A DNA stretch of 63,663 nucleotides, the filler included, from Octopus bimaculoides (lineage: Eukaryota): NCBI RefSeq assembly GCF_001194135.2. It is 8 parts of 7 records of this genome, joined end to end, with 100 filler letters (N's around TTAATTAATTAA, not from the genome) between each part and the next. Parts side by side here need not be neighbours in the genome. Positions count along the whole stretch, not along the records: positions 1 to 25,339 come from NC_068991.1; positions 25,440 to 41,210 come from NC_068982.1; 6 more parts are not named here. One strand, 5' to 3'. The position numbers and the translations under genes are program-made. The notes under the pieces were generated by a model. That model ran no database searches, was not told the origin of the DNA, and worked only from the letters and a program-made list of their open reading frames with translations. This document shows positions 14,705 to 25,966 of the stretch, piece by piece (position 1 is the stretch's first letter; every line of letters starts with the position of its first letter).

Positions 14705-16655
14705 CCTGTGCTCACATACGAATAAGCGTAAGAACGGATTTGATTGATGTTATATGCATTTAATAAGAGGTTGACTCACTTTTCTATTAGGTCACGTAGA
14801 CATTATTCTATGTTTTGTAGGTGTGGCACACGTCCACCTCATTAGATGAGTCGAGCCACACAGTACGATATTTTAGAGAAACCTAATTCACCTGGATGAC
14901 TTTCTTCTCAAACTAATGTAAGTTATTTTCCTGTCAAATCCACGTGACGCAAATAGGATATCAGGGTTCTTTGTCGGTATTGTAGCGATAGGATAATATG
15001 CATCAGCAACATTACCTTGTTCTTTACCTTGGATAACTTGCATAGATTCAATTTGCTGTATGATAATTTTGAGATGAGATGTGTCACTCCACACGCAACA
15101 GAATCAAACATACTCGGAATCTGGAATCCAAGATTTTCTGAAACCGACTTTTTAACCACATACGCATGCGCGCATGTTTGCATTCATGAATAGGTTGTAT
15201 TTCAATGTCTAGTTACTGTTAAAACTTGTTTTGACGAATCTTTGTCACAATAGGTTATTTTTTACTCTGTATGTGTCTTCTATTGATAATCCTTTACATT
15301 GTTAGGTATATGCTTTATGAATATTTTCATAATTTCATCTATAATTGTATATAAAAGTTATAAATATCATTCGTTAGTTATTTCATCGTTCTAACCGAAT
15401 TACATATGCACGCATACATGCACACACATTCATTTACATTCCTTTCAATATTAATGGAAAACTTTTATACATATCATCTATTTTGAATTCCATTTGAAAC
15501 TTTATAAATTGCAGTTTATGTTAGAACTTTGTATTTAAAGCAATCTCTACTATTCTTTTCTTTCTTATTATAGTTTTTTGGTTTTGCTTTATGAAAAGAT
15601 ATTATATTTAGCAAATTGAAATTTCAAACTAAAATGTAAATTCTTCATTTGAAAATTCATAAACGCTGACGAAGAAAGAAAAACAGTCTAGTGTAAAATC
15701 ACAGCAAATATCCACGTAAGTGTGATTTATGAGTTATTGGGTTGGATGTGATTCGTCACCCATCACCTCACACTTGGTTACAAAACTCTGGAACACATCC
15801 GCCTGAGAATATTTAACCCTTTGCCCGTTCAGTATTGAAGATCTTGCAACTGGATGAAGGGCACTTCTCGTCATCATGTATCTAAAATATAAGTAAATGC
15901 ATAAATACTGATTTTACTTGCTAAATAAATACGTTAAGTTACCTACCAATATTTAAACGATTTTCTATATCGATTTTTCACTATTCCTAAAACTCTTATA
16001 GTTATTTTTTTTATCTCTACACGCATTCACACGCTCAGAAGATAACGTAATGCATTATAAGTATTTTCAACGTTTCTGAATATTTAGTAAGGTGAAATAA
16101 TGGGAGTGGATGTATATAACACAGGTGGAAAAATTCAAAGTACATTTGTTGAATATATATACGGGTGCGTGTGTGTGTGTGTATGTGTGTGTGGGTGGGT
16201 GTGTGTGTGCTTGTGTTTATGTACTGAGTAAGCAGGTGTGTGTACTTGTGCGTCTGTGTGTGTCTGTCTATGTATGGAAGAGTGTGTGTGCGAGTATGTG
16301 TGTGTTCCGCTCATTTTATATGTTCGAGTATCTTGTACTGCTGGAAATAAAACAGAACAACTGATAAGATGATTAAGTTTATTAAGGCAGAAACACATTC
16401 CCATCTGCCCTCTTGTCTCAAGACGATACGATCGGTTTTTTATATTTAATAGCACGCTAGTTTCAGGGATTGCCTGTTTTCTTTTTCTTTTATCCAAGAA
16501 TTGATCCAATTTACCGCCAAGTGATTTCTCTACATTTTCTGGAAGAAGAAATAATTTATTAAATCTCAAATTCAGTTTCAATGATGTTCAGGAACACTTA
16601 TTGTTCTCTCACTGTCTCTCTCCATCTATCTATATATCTGTATTTATCTATCTAG

Positions 16656-16724
<69 letters not shown>

Positions 16725-17959
16725 AATAACAGAGGAGNNNNNNNNNNNNNNNNNNNNNNNNNNNNNNNNNNNNNNNNNNNNNNNNNNNNNNNNNNNNNNN
16801 NNNNNNNNNNNNNNNNNNNNNNNNATAATAGTTAACGTCAAACATTTAGGCAAGGCAAATATCTTAAGTCATATACAATATTATTATAGAAAGAAATTCA
16901 AAATCTTACAGCTGTTTCTAGGATATCCCCGAGTATGGGATATTCCGTCATCAGAGACAAATAGAGGAAACAATATGGAAAATGAGAATGTATATATCCA
17001 CAAGATGACAACATAGAGGAAGGGAGTAAAAGAATAAGAAGATGGAGAGAAGATGAAAACAGAAGCATAAAAGTTCATAGTTCAACTTTGCGAAGCTACA
17101 GAAACCAGACCATGAGTCTTTAGACACAATCCTATGTAGATCCATGAGCGTAAGTCTTTATGTGCAATCCTGCGTATATCCATGTGCGTTAAAGTCCTTA
17201 TATAGTAGACATCTCAAGAAAAAGACGTGAACATATCAGCGTTTAGCTCTTGTTTCTAGCAATGTACTTGTTTCTAATACCCTCAATCCTATTTAATGAG
17301 AGTTATAGTTTTCCTATAACGACAGTTATAGTTTGCGTCGACCAAACGTCATTCAGTCAGTAGCTTGAACATTGTTTCATCCTAAGAAATACTGAACTTC
17401 AAAATTAAAAAGAAATTTAACATAGTATCCGCCAATATTAAATAATATAGTATCTACGAGTTTAGATAGGACATTGAACAACCATTGTAAGCGTCGTTGC
17501 GAAGAAAATACTGCAACAATCGAAACACATCTGCTAAAAGCAGATTGTACTGGCTACCAGTATCACATTGTCTACGTTGGTTTGAAATCATCCCAAAGTG
17601 ATGCAGTTTATGTCTGGGAAACATTATTTTATAAACCAACACACGCTAATAATAATTTTAGAAATATCTACACTCTGATTTAATCCACAATTCAGCTAGA
17701 ATTTCTATGGAATCCAAGCAAAATAATTTGTCATTCATCATTATACAATTCCACAATGGTTGCAAGCTTCAGAAATTATTTACTCATTCTATAAGACGTT
17801 TCATTTCTTTGAAAACTCACGTATATATTATAAACAGAAGCGAAAGAAAAGAGATCAATAGTTCTCCAAACACAGTCCTTGCCTGTTCCATGTATAAACA
17901 ATTCGCAACAACATCGCCAAACTAACCTTTTGAATGAAAACAATTGGCTCTTACATATC

Positions 17960-18280
17960 GATGGTATAAGCCTCTTTAAGATTCCAAAAATAACAACCAA
18001 GGAAAACTTTCGCTGTTACAAACAAAATTCTACAGCAATCGATCAAAACAAATCTGCGAAACAATGATTAGGACAAGACAACCTACGTCTTACTGTGAAT
18101 TTCCGTTCACAGACAAAGCAATGCGATTTAAGTATACTACAACATCAAAATATTCACTTCACCAAATAATAATAAAAGATACAAACCTAATCTCGACCTG
18201 CGAACACAAATTGAAATGTTACTATGGATTTCAAAGATGCATTCTAGAAATCAGAAAAGTAAATATAGGGAGAAGTTAAT
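17960..18280 (+). mobile_element. Very degenerate LINE reverse-transcriptase relic
   Basis: IPK...ENFR...KICETMIRTR...VTMDFKDAF echoes IPK..NYRPISL..KI.E.MI..RL...DF.KAFD across frameshifts. Confidence 0.4.
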
Positions 18281-18423
18281 TAAGAACAGAACAAATTTTG
18301 AAGAAATTATGTCCGATTGAATTGTACGTAAAGCAATAAATTTGCTTTTTAAGAACACCATTTATTATTTCTATAGACCTCTACCACAAATATATATGTG
18401 TATGTATTTATGTGCACATCCAA

Positions 18424-18456
<33 letters not shown>

Positions 18457-18868
18457 TGTTGATAAACGAAACAGAAGATGAATTTAGCACGAACCTTTAT
18501 AAAGATTTGTATTACATCCAACTTCTGTTTCATTTATTTATTTATCAACTATAAATTCAACAAACACTGCGGATTTCCTGACGTAGATCCAGTGAAAACT
18601 ATATCGTTACTGTGGATGACATCAGGTAACCCAAACGGTGAATTTGTTTTAATGGACATACTAATAGGAAAATATTTACACGCACACACACACACACATA
18701 CATANNNNNNNNNNNNNNNNNNNNNNNNNNNNNNNNNNNNNNNNNNNNNNNNNNNNNNNNNNNNNNNNNNNNNNNNNNNNNNNNNNNNNNNNNNNNNNNN
18801 NNNNNNNNNNNNNNNNNNNNNNNNNNNNNNNNNNNTATATATATATAATATAATATAATAAATTCTTG

Positions 18869-20070
18869 TTACCATTATTAAAAATTACAATAGTAATAAA
18901 GTGACGTGCAAGTTTAACCTAAATAGGCAAAATATGCAAATAAATTAGGGTACCGAAATACCAGCTTGCTAGAAATAAGAGTCAGCACTTCAAAGCCACA
19001 TATTTCTCACTATTAAGAACCATGCATGTTGAATGCAACTAATATAATAAAATAGGCTTTGCCTTTGCATAAGCCACAAAGCAAGAACAGTGTCTTATTA
19101 TCAATCGATTCCACCTTTTGTGTGTTAGCACTTAAGGATCATCAGCCAAGCTTTCTCTATTCATCTGTTTTTCAAATTATTCATTTCATTACACCGTGCG
19201 TGTTAGTTCACTTGAATGTTCTTGTGATATTCAAAAATGAACATAAAGTAAGAAAAATTTAAAATTTAATAAAGTATTATTACCATTATTAGAAATAGCA
19301 ATAATAATAAAATGACCGCCAAGTTTAACCAAAATAAGCAAATTGTACAGATAAATTAGGGTACCGAAATACCAGCTAGCCAGAAATAAGAGTCAACACA
19401 TCAAAGCCATAACTTCCTCACTATTAAGAAATACGCTAAGTGAATGTAACGAATATAATAAGAATAGACCTTACCTGTGCATAAACCACAAAGCAAAAAC
19501 AGATATCTTGGTATCAATTGATTTTACCTTTTGTGCGTTAGCACAAGAATTATCAAACAAGCTTAATTTCATTACACCATGGACGTTTGTTCACTTGAAG
19601 GCCACGGTGATATTAAAAAACGAACAAGCTGGTATTTCGGTACCTTAATTATATTTGTATATTTTACCTATTTAGGTTAAACTTGCTGGGCCCTTAATTA
19701 TTATTGTTATTTTTAATAATGGTAGTAATACTTCATCAAATTTTAAAATTTTTCCTTACTCACTTTGTGTTAGTTCACGGTGACATTCAAGTGAGGAAAC
19801 GCGCACGGTGTAATGAACTGAATATTTTGAAAAATAGATAACTACTGTAAGTTTGAGTGATGATGCTTAAGTGCTAACGCACAAAACGTGGTTTCAGTTG
19901 ATATCAAGATATCTGTGCTTGCTGTGTGGTTAATGCAAAGGTACGGCCTATGTTTATCATATTCCTTGTATTCGCCGTGCGTATGTCTTAATAGTGACAA
20001 ACTTGTGGCCTTGGAGTGTTGACTCATATTTCTTGCAAGCTAGGAGGCTGGTATTTCGGTAAACTAATTA
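18869..20070. repeat. 411-bp unit arranged direct-direct-inverted
   Basis: accattatt starts at 18871 and 19282. gtaccgaaataccagc occurs forward at ~18950 and ~19361 and reversed at ~19627 and ~20047. Confidence 0.85.
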
Positions 20071-20096
20071 TACGAACACACACACATACACACACG

Positions 20097-20132
<36 letters not shown>

Positions 20133-20596
20133 NNNNNNNNNNNNNNNNNNNNNNNNNNNNNNNNNNNNNNNNNNNNNNNNNNNNNNNNNNNNNNNNNNNN
20201 NNNNNNNNNNNNNNNNNNNNNNNNNNNNNNNNNNNNNNNNNNNNNNNNNNNNNNNNNNNNNNNNNNNNNNNNNNNNNNNNNNNNNNNNNNNNNNNNNNNN
20301 NNNNNNNNNNNNNNNNNNNNNNNNNNNNNNNNNNNNNNNNNNNNNNNNNNNNNNNNNNNNNNNNNNNNNNNNNNNNNNNNNNNNNNNNNNNNNNNNNNNN
20401 NNNNNNNNNNNNNNNNNNNNNNNNNNNNNNNNNNNNNNNNNNNNNNNNNNNNNNNNNNNNNNNNNNNNNNNNNNNNNNNNNNNNNNNNNNNNNNNNNNNN
20501 NNNNNNNNNNNNNNNNNNNNNNNNNNNNNNNNNNNNNNNNNNNNNNNNNNNNNNNNNNNNNNNNNNNNNNNNNNNNNNNNNNNNNNNNNNNNNNNN

Positions 20597-20632
<36 letters not shown>

Positions 20633-22402
20633 TGTGTGTGTGTGTGTTGCGTGCGTGCGTGTCTGTTTGTGTGCTTTGTGGGAGTGTAGTGTGACTGTGT
20701 TTGCGTTTGTTGTGTGCACGTGATTATATATCATGTATAATATGATATGTATGTATGCGTCTTTGTGCGTATCTCTATGTATCTATCTATCTGTGTATCA
20801 CTATATATATAAGTATGCATGTATGTGTGTATGTATATGCATCTTTACATATGTATGTTCATATATATTTGGTGAAGAGTGTAGGTGTTTGAATAAATGC
20901 ATGTGTGTATGCGAGAGAAATATAAACTTTCTCCAACAGGAATGAACCGCCGAAAGCTCCCACAAATAACTAGTGGAGAATAATCAATAAATTCTGTAAA
21001 TCCGCTCTTTGAAATAGTACGATATCCTTAATCATGGACGTTACCAATGAAGAAAACAAATATTTTAAGAAAAAGTCTAACAAAGGAACGGGATATAATT
21101 CCACTAAGTCTATATGCACAATGAACGTGAAATACGATAGATGTTTTCATGTCTAATAAATACAATTCATATGATTCGCCGCTAATATAAAGTTCACATA
21201 ACTTTTAGCGCTATAGTGTATTTGCTTATTTCATTCGTTTTGTATTTTTCGATGTTTGATTAGTTATAGACTTTCAGATAACATAGACGTCAAATTATAC
21301 GTTCCCCGGAGAGAGAAAAAAAAAGATTATAAATTATAAACATTAAATACACATTGATATCAGATTGTATGTCTCCCTTTGTGTTCCTCATCATTTTGCT
21401 GAAGGTCACAGTGAATAAATTTGGGTTAGTTCCGCATAAATAATTATTGTGGGCGCATACACTACAGAGAAATACATTCGCATAACAAATAAAAATCATC
21501 ACTAGCTTCACTTTTTCATAATCCACATTGCACAGGTTTTCTTGATTATGCCGTTTTCTTTCACATAATTGATTAACCATGCAATTTTCTCTTCTTGCTT
21601 TTTTTTTCTACGTTTTTCAGTTCACATAGGATTTCCGACTAGCTTTTGTTTGTGTCTAAACCGATAATATTGTATTGTTTTTTTTTTATGCGAGGTGTCT
21701 CATATCGTATTAAATTCCTTGAGCAATATTTTATACATCACCTTAAATTAGTTTATATACGACAACCCAATATGTGTAGAACAGTCACTGTATGTAAAAC
21801 AATCAAACCATTTAGGTCATACCAGTGTATTTAGAAGAAAACAGTTTATTTGTTATAGGTTAGTGTATTGAGAGAGAGCTGGTGTATTTAGTGTACGTGA
21901 ATATATTTGATCCAATATGAATAGGCATGGTAATGTGTTTAAAAAAACATTGTATTTAAGGCAAACAAGTACATTCAGAATATATCTGTATTTACTTTAG
22001 TTTAGTGTAATTAGAGGAAGTCTGTTTAATTAGGATAAATTAATGTGTATTAACTAAATCCATTAAACGGATGTATTTAGAGCAATTCACATGTATTTCG
22101 ACGAATTGGCAAAGACATTTGTGAGTTGGTTACAATGCCCTACGCTATTTCTATAGATATTCCGCCTTTCGCGGTCAAAAGTCCAATGCAGGCTCGTACA
22201 TTTACAGGATATTTAGGTCCCTTGCATTGTAACTGCAAAGACTGCGAGGGAACTAGTGCCAGGTTGTAACGGTCCAACTCGGTGAACTTTCTATTGGATA
22301 AGCATCAGTTGCGTAGATAAGTTAGACTTGCGAACGTGAGCAATTATCTTCCACAAAAAATCTTCTCCAAACCTATACATTTCTATGCAGATATTAGGAG
22401 GA

Positions 22403-22735
22403 GGAGACACCCTTCGGTCATGAATGACTATGGGTTGCACCTAGAAAGTTACCCTCCGGAGTACAAGTCCGGGCAAAGTTGTTTATGAAAGGCCATCAGT
22501 CACCAATGGATGCCAGCTTCTCCTCTCCACACCACTGATGTTATCCAAGGGAAAAGCAAAGGCCGATACACCTTGGCACCAGTTATGTCGCAACTCATTT
22601 CTACAGCTGAGGTAACTGGAGCAACGTGAAATAAAGTGTCTTTCTGAAGAACACAACACGCAGCCCGGCCCGGGAATCGAATTCACAACCTCACGATCGT
22701 AATCTCGACGCTCTAACCTCTGAGCCATGCGACTT
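22403..22735 (-). mobile_element. tRNA-derived SINE (second family)
   Basis: Minus strand A box TGGCTCAGAGG, B box GAATTCGATTCC, and a conserved cactttatttcacgttgctccag block shared with 59846. Confidence 0.85.
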
Positions 22736-23125
22736 CACATGCATACCTCCGAGACATCAGACTCAGCAATGACACCCCGGTCTATACACCACACACCACT
22801 ATATTATACACCACCATACCACAAAACACACCGCATCACATAACACCACCACGCACACACTAGCACTGACCACTTTCCAACCCCACATCCTCACACTTAC
22901 ACATGCACACACGCATACGTCAAGGTCACCAGCCCTCTTCCACACGCTCATACATACTCTCTTATTCGCACACGCACCTTCGTTTCGGGAGCACCACTTC
23001 TTTATTATCTCCCCTTATTCCTAGCTCTCCCTCCTGTTTGACCCTTCTGTCCGGCATTTGCCATGATAGATCGCTAGCCACTACACAATCTTTATTTTCT
23101 CTCTCTCTCTCTCTCTCTCTGTTCG

Positions 23126-23185
23126 TTTCTGTGGAAGAGCGTAGGCTCGAAACATTAAAGACTTTTTCACTTCTGAAGCGTTAAA
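23126..23185 (+). ncRNA. Degenerate hammerhead-like motif in a probable Penelope-type terminal repeat
   Basis: UUU CUGUGGA A GAG-CGUAGG-CUC GAAAC ... GU U AAA. The core has A6>U and stem III is poorly paired. Confidence 0.3.
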
Positions 23186-23824
23186 TCAATACAACGTTTT
23201 GTTATCTACACCACCTCTCTTCGTCTTTTGTTTTTCTGGGAATTCTCCNNNNNNNNNNNNNNNNNNNNNNNNNNNNNNNNNNNNNNNNNNNNNNNNNNNN
23301 NNNNNNNNNNNNNNNNNNNNNNNNNNNNNNNNNNNNNNNNNNNNNNNNNNNNNNNNNNNNNNNNNNNNNNNNNNNNNNNNNNNNNNNNNNNNNNNNNNNN
23401 NNNNNNNNNNNNNNNNNNNNNNNNNNNNNNNNNNNNNNNNNNNNNNNNNNNNNNNNNNNNNNNNNNNNNNNNNNNNNNNNNNNNNNNNNNNNNNNNNNNN
23501 NNNNNNNNNNNNNNNNNNNNNNNNNNNNNNNNNNNNNNNNNNNNNNNNNNNNNNNNNNNNNNNNNNNNNNNNNNNNNNNNNNNNNNNNNNNNNNNNNNNN
23601 NNNNNNNNNNNNNNNNNNNNNNNNNNNNNNNNNNNNNNNNNNNNNNNNNNNNNNNNNNNNNNNNNNNNNNNNNNNNNNNNNNNNNNNNNNNNNNNNNNNN
23701 NNNNNNNNNNNNNNNNNNNNNNNNNNNNNNNNNNNNNNNNNNNNNNNNNNNNNNNNNNNNNNNNNNNNNNNNNNNNNNNNNNNNNNNNNNNNNNNNNNNN
23801 NNNNNNNNNNNNNNNNNNNNNNNA

Positions 23825-23915
23825 CCTCGGCGGAATCGGAACTCAGAACATACAGACGAACTAAATGCCGCTAAGTATTTTGCCCGCCATGCTAACTATT
23901 CTGCCAGCTCGCCGC
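23825..23915 (-). mobile_element. tRNA-derived SINE (third family), 5' part
   Basis: Minus strand ggcggcgagctggcagaatagttagc...gagttccgattccgccgagg. Related fragments occur at 41311-41385 and about 11480-11560. Confidence 0.6.
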
Positions 23916-24510
23916 CTTTTCGTGGAGATTACATGATTTTGAAAACCTACCGCAAACTAATGAACATAACGTGCCTTTTTCTTTTTTTACAGTGATGTGT
24001 CAGGCATATACTGTGATGTCTATCTGGAACTATATAAAGCTGAATCGTCTGAGTGAAGTAGGTGAGCTACATGTTATATCGACTAAGATGTCCATTTAAA
24101 TAAAACATTTAAAAAGAAAACCATTAACATAATACCTACAAAGTATATTAGGTCGAAATGTAATGATCCACCACATGTTCATCTTTAGAATTCTATAAAA
24201 TTCTATAATAAAACAAAGAGTGCAATATTTTTTTTTTTAAATGCCCGCCACCACCATCACCACCATACACATACACATACCAAAAAGCAAACTAAGTATT
24301 TGAGCCAGTTTAACAACTGTGTCCGTATTATTCCATATTATTGTTATGTTGTCTCGCTTTGGAATCGACGGACATTGTTTTATTTTCTTCTGTATTCACG
24401 TTATATTTTGTTGTGTGAAGTATATATGTATGCGCGCGTGTTTGTGTGTGTGCCTAAGTGTATGTCTGTGTGTGAATGGGTGTTTGTTTCAACATTTTTT
24501 TCCTCAACAG

Positions 24511-24516
24511 GCTTAG
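24511..24516 (+). CDS. Candidate 6-nt microexon (GCTTAG)
   Basis: aacatttttttcctcaacAG|GCTTAG|GTGAGA: a pyrimidine-rich acceptor and a donor 6 nt apart, frame-preserving in phase 1. There is no homology support. Confidence 0.25.
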   Translation, partial: A

Positions 24517-24844
24517 GTGAGACAACAGCAACAAGCAACGAATAATGCTACGAAAAATCCCATACCTTTTGAAGAAAAATGAATGATTTACGAGAAACAT
24601 TTATACATGTCCATTTTTTGAATTATAGTGCATTGTTGGACCTTTAAAAACATGTTATTCTTTACATTTATACATGTATATAAGCATACACAGATACATA
24701 TCTAACTCACTAAATATCGATCAAACTACACATTTATTTGGTTATTTACTTTACCCTCGATCTATATTCCTGCCCTCACTCACACACATAAAATATCTAC
24801 GCACATATATATGCATGTATTTATACTTACATATATAAATATGT

Positions 24845-24909
<65 letters not shown>

Positions 24910-25123
24910 AATGTATGTATATGTCGGGGTGCATGTTTTTCTATGATTTAGTCTGTGGGCTTATGCATGTGTCTGTAAATGTGAAAGAGCGTAGATATAG
25001 GGAATGTATATTTGTATATGTGTGCACAATAGTGTCAACGATATACAGACCTACACAAATATTCATTGGTGCATAACATGCCACACGCGCACAAACACAC
25101 ATGAGTCTGTGTGTATGTGTGTG

Positions 25124-25198
<75 letters not shown>

Positions 25199-25199
25199 T

Positions 25200-25338
25200 T
25201 GTTTTGCAAGATTTTTTATGTGAAATCGTGTGTTGAAACAGATGTTGTTGTACTTGGGGATGGTCATATTGCCAGTTTAGCCAATAAAAACACACGCACT
25301 GTATATTTGGTGTTAATTTTTTTTTTTCAGCTTTATAT
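25200..25338 (+). repeat. Dispersed repeat, same family as 5131-5340
   Basis: gttttgcaagattttttatgtgaaatcgtgtgttgaaacag...gccagtttagccaataaaaacacacgcactgtatatttgg. Confidence 0.8.
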
Positions 25339-25383
25339 TNNNNNNNNNNNNNNNNNNNNNNNNNNNNNNNNNNNNNNNNNNNN

Positions 25384-25395
25384 TTAATTAATTAA
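25384..25395. other. Artificial assembly linker TTAATTAATTAA inside an N-gap (also at 41255, 45648, 48312, 52271, 55931, 62365)
   Basis: An identical 12-mer, giving stop codons in all six frames, sits within seven separate gaps. Confidence 0.95.
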
Positions 25396-25439
25396 NNNNN
25401 NNNNNNNNNNNNNNNNNNNNNNNNNNNNNNNNNNNNNNN

Positions 25440-25845
25440 CTATGGTGCTGCTACACCAGTCATTGGGTATGACTCCTTTGTGTATCACCTGGTTCGTAAT
25501 ACGGGTGACTAGGCTGTAGCCAACACTGCCAGATATTTTGAGCATCTCTGCAGTGATTCCTGATGGGCCGGGGGCTTTCCCTGTCTTCATACTCTTAATT
25601 GCTTTATCTACCCTGGTACTGTCAACTCGGATAGCTGGTCCCTCTATTGGGTCGACATACGGCAGGCTCTCTTTCTCCCATTCATTCTCTTTATTAAGCA
25701 ATCTATCGTAGTGGCATCTCCAGACCTCTTTCTTTGCAGCCTCATTTAGTGCAAGCGTACCATCATCCATGCGAACACATTTCTCTCCTACAACATCACT
25801 ATTCTCTCTCCTACACTGTCTTGCAACACGAAAAAAGCAAAACAA
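25440..25845 (-). mobile_element. RTE-clade LINE ORF2 fragment (N-terminal side of the reverse transcriptase)
   Basis: ...VWRCHYDRLLN...KAIKSMKTGKAPGPSGITAEMLK...VIHKGVIPNDWCSSTI, truncated by a gap. Confidence 0.88.
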
Positions 25846-25966
25846 AACCTAACCTTTAGGTTATTCTTCTTGAAATGTTATACCTATCTGTAGTCACCAT
25901 CAGAGATAGTGTGACCTAGCTTTTGAAGCTTCTTTGAAGGTTTAACTGTGTTATTAATATCTAGAG

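Noticed and set aside
14888-15094. TKNPDILFAS...ITYISL as a restriction-like LINE endonuclease
   Set aside because: The resemblance to the PD-(D/E)xK motif is too weak to support a call.
16380-16581. Minus-strand LLPENVEKSLGGKLDQFLDKRKRK frame
   Set aside because: No family was recognised, it runs into a microsatellite, and it is at best a LINE C-terminal remnant.
22640-22735. tRNA gene (also 59846-59920 and 37340-37405)
   Set aside because: A and B boxes are present, but there is no full cloverleaf and each continues into a SINE body.
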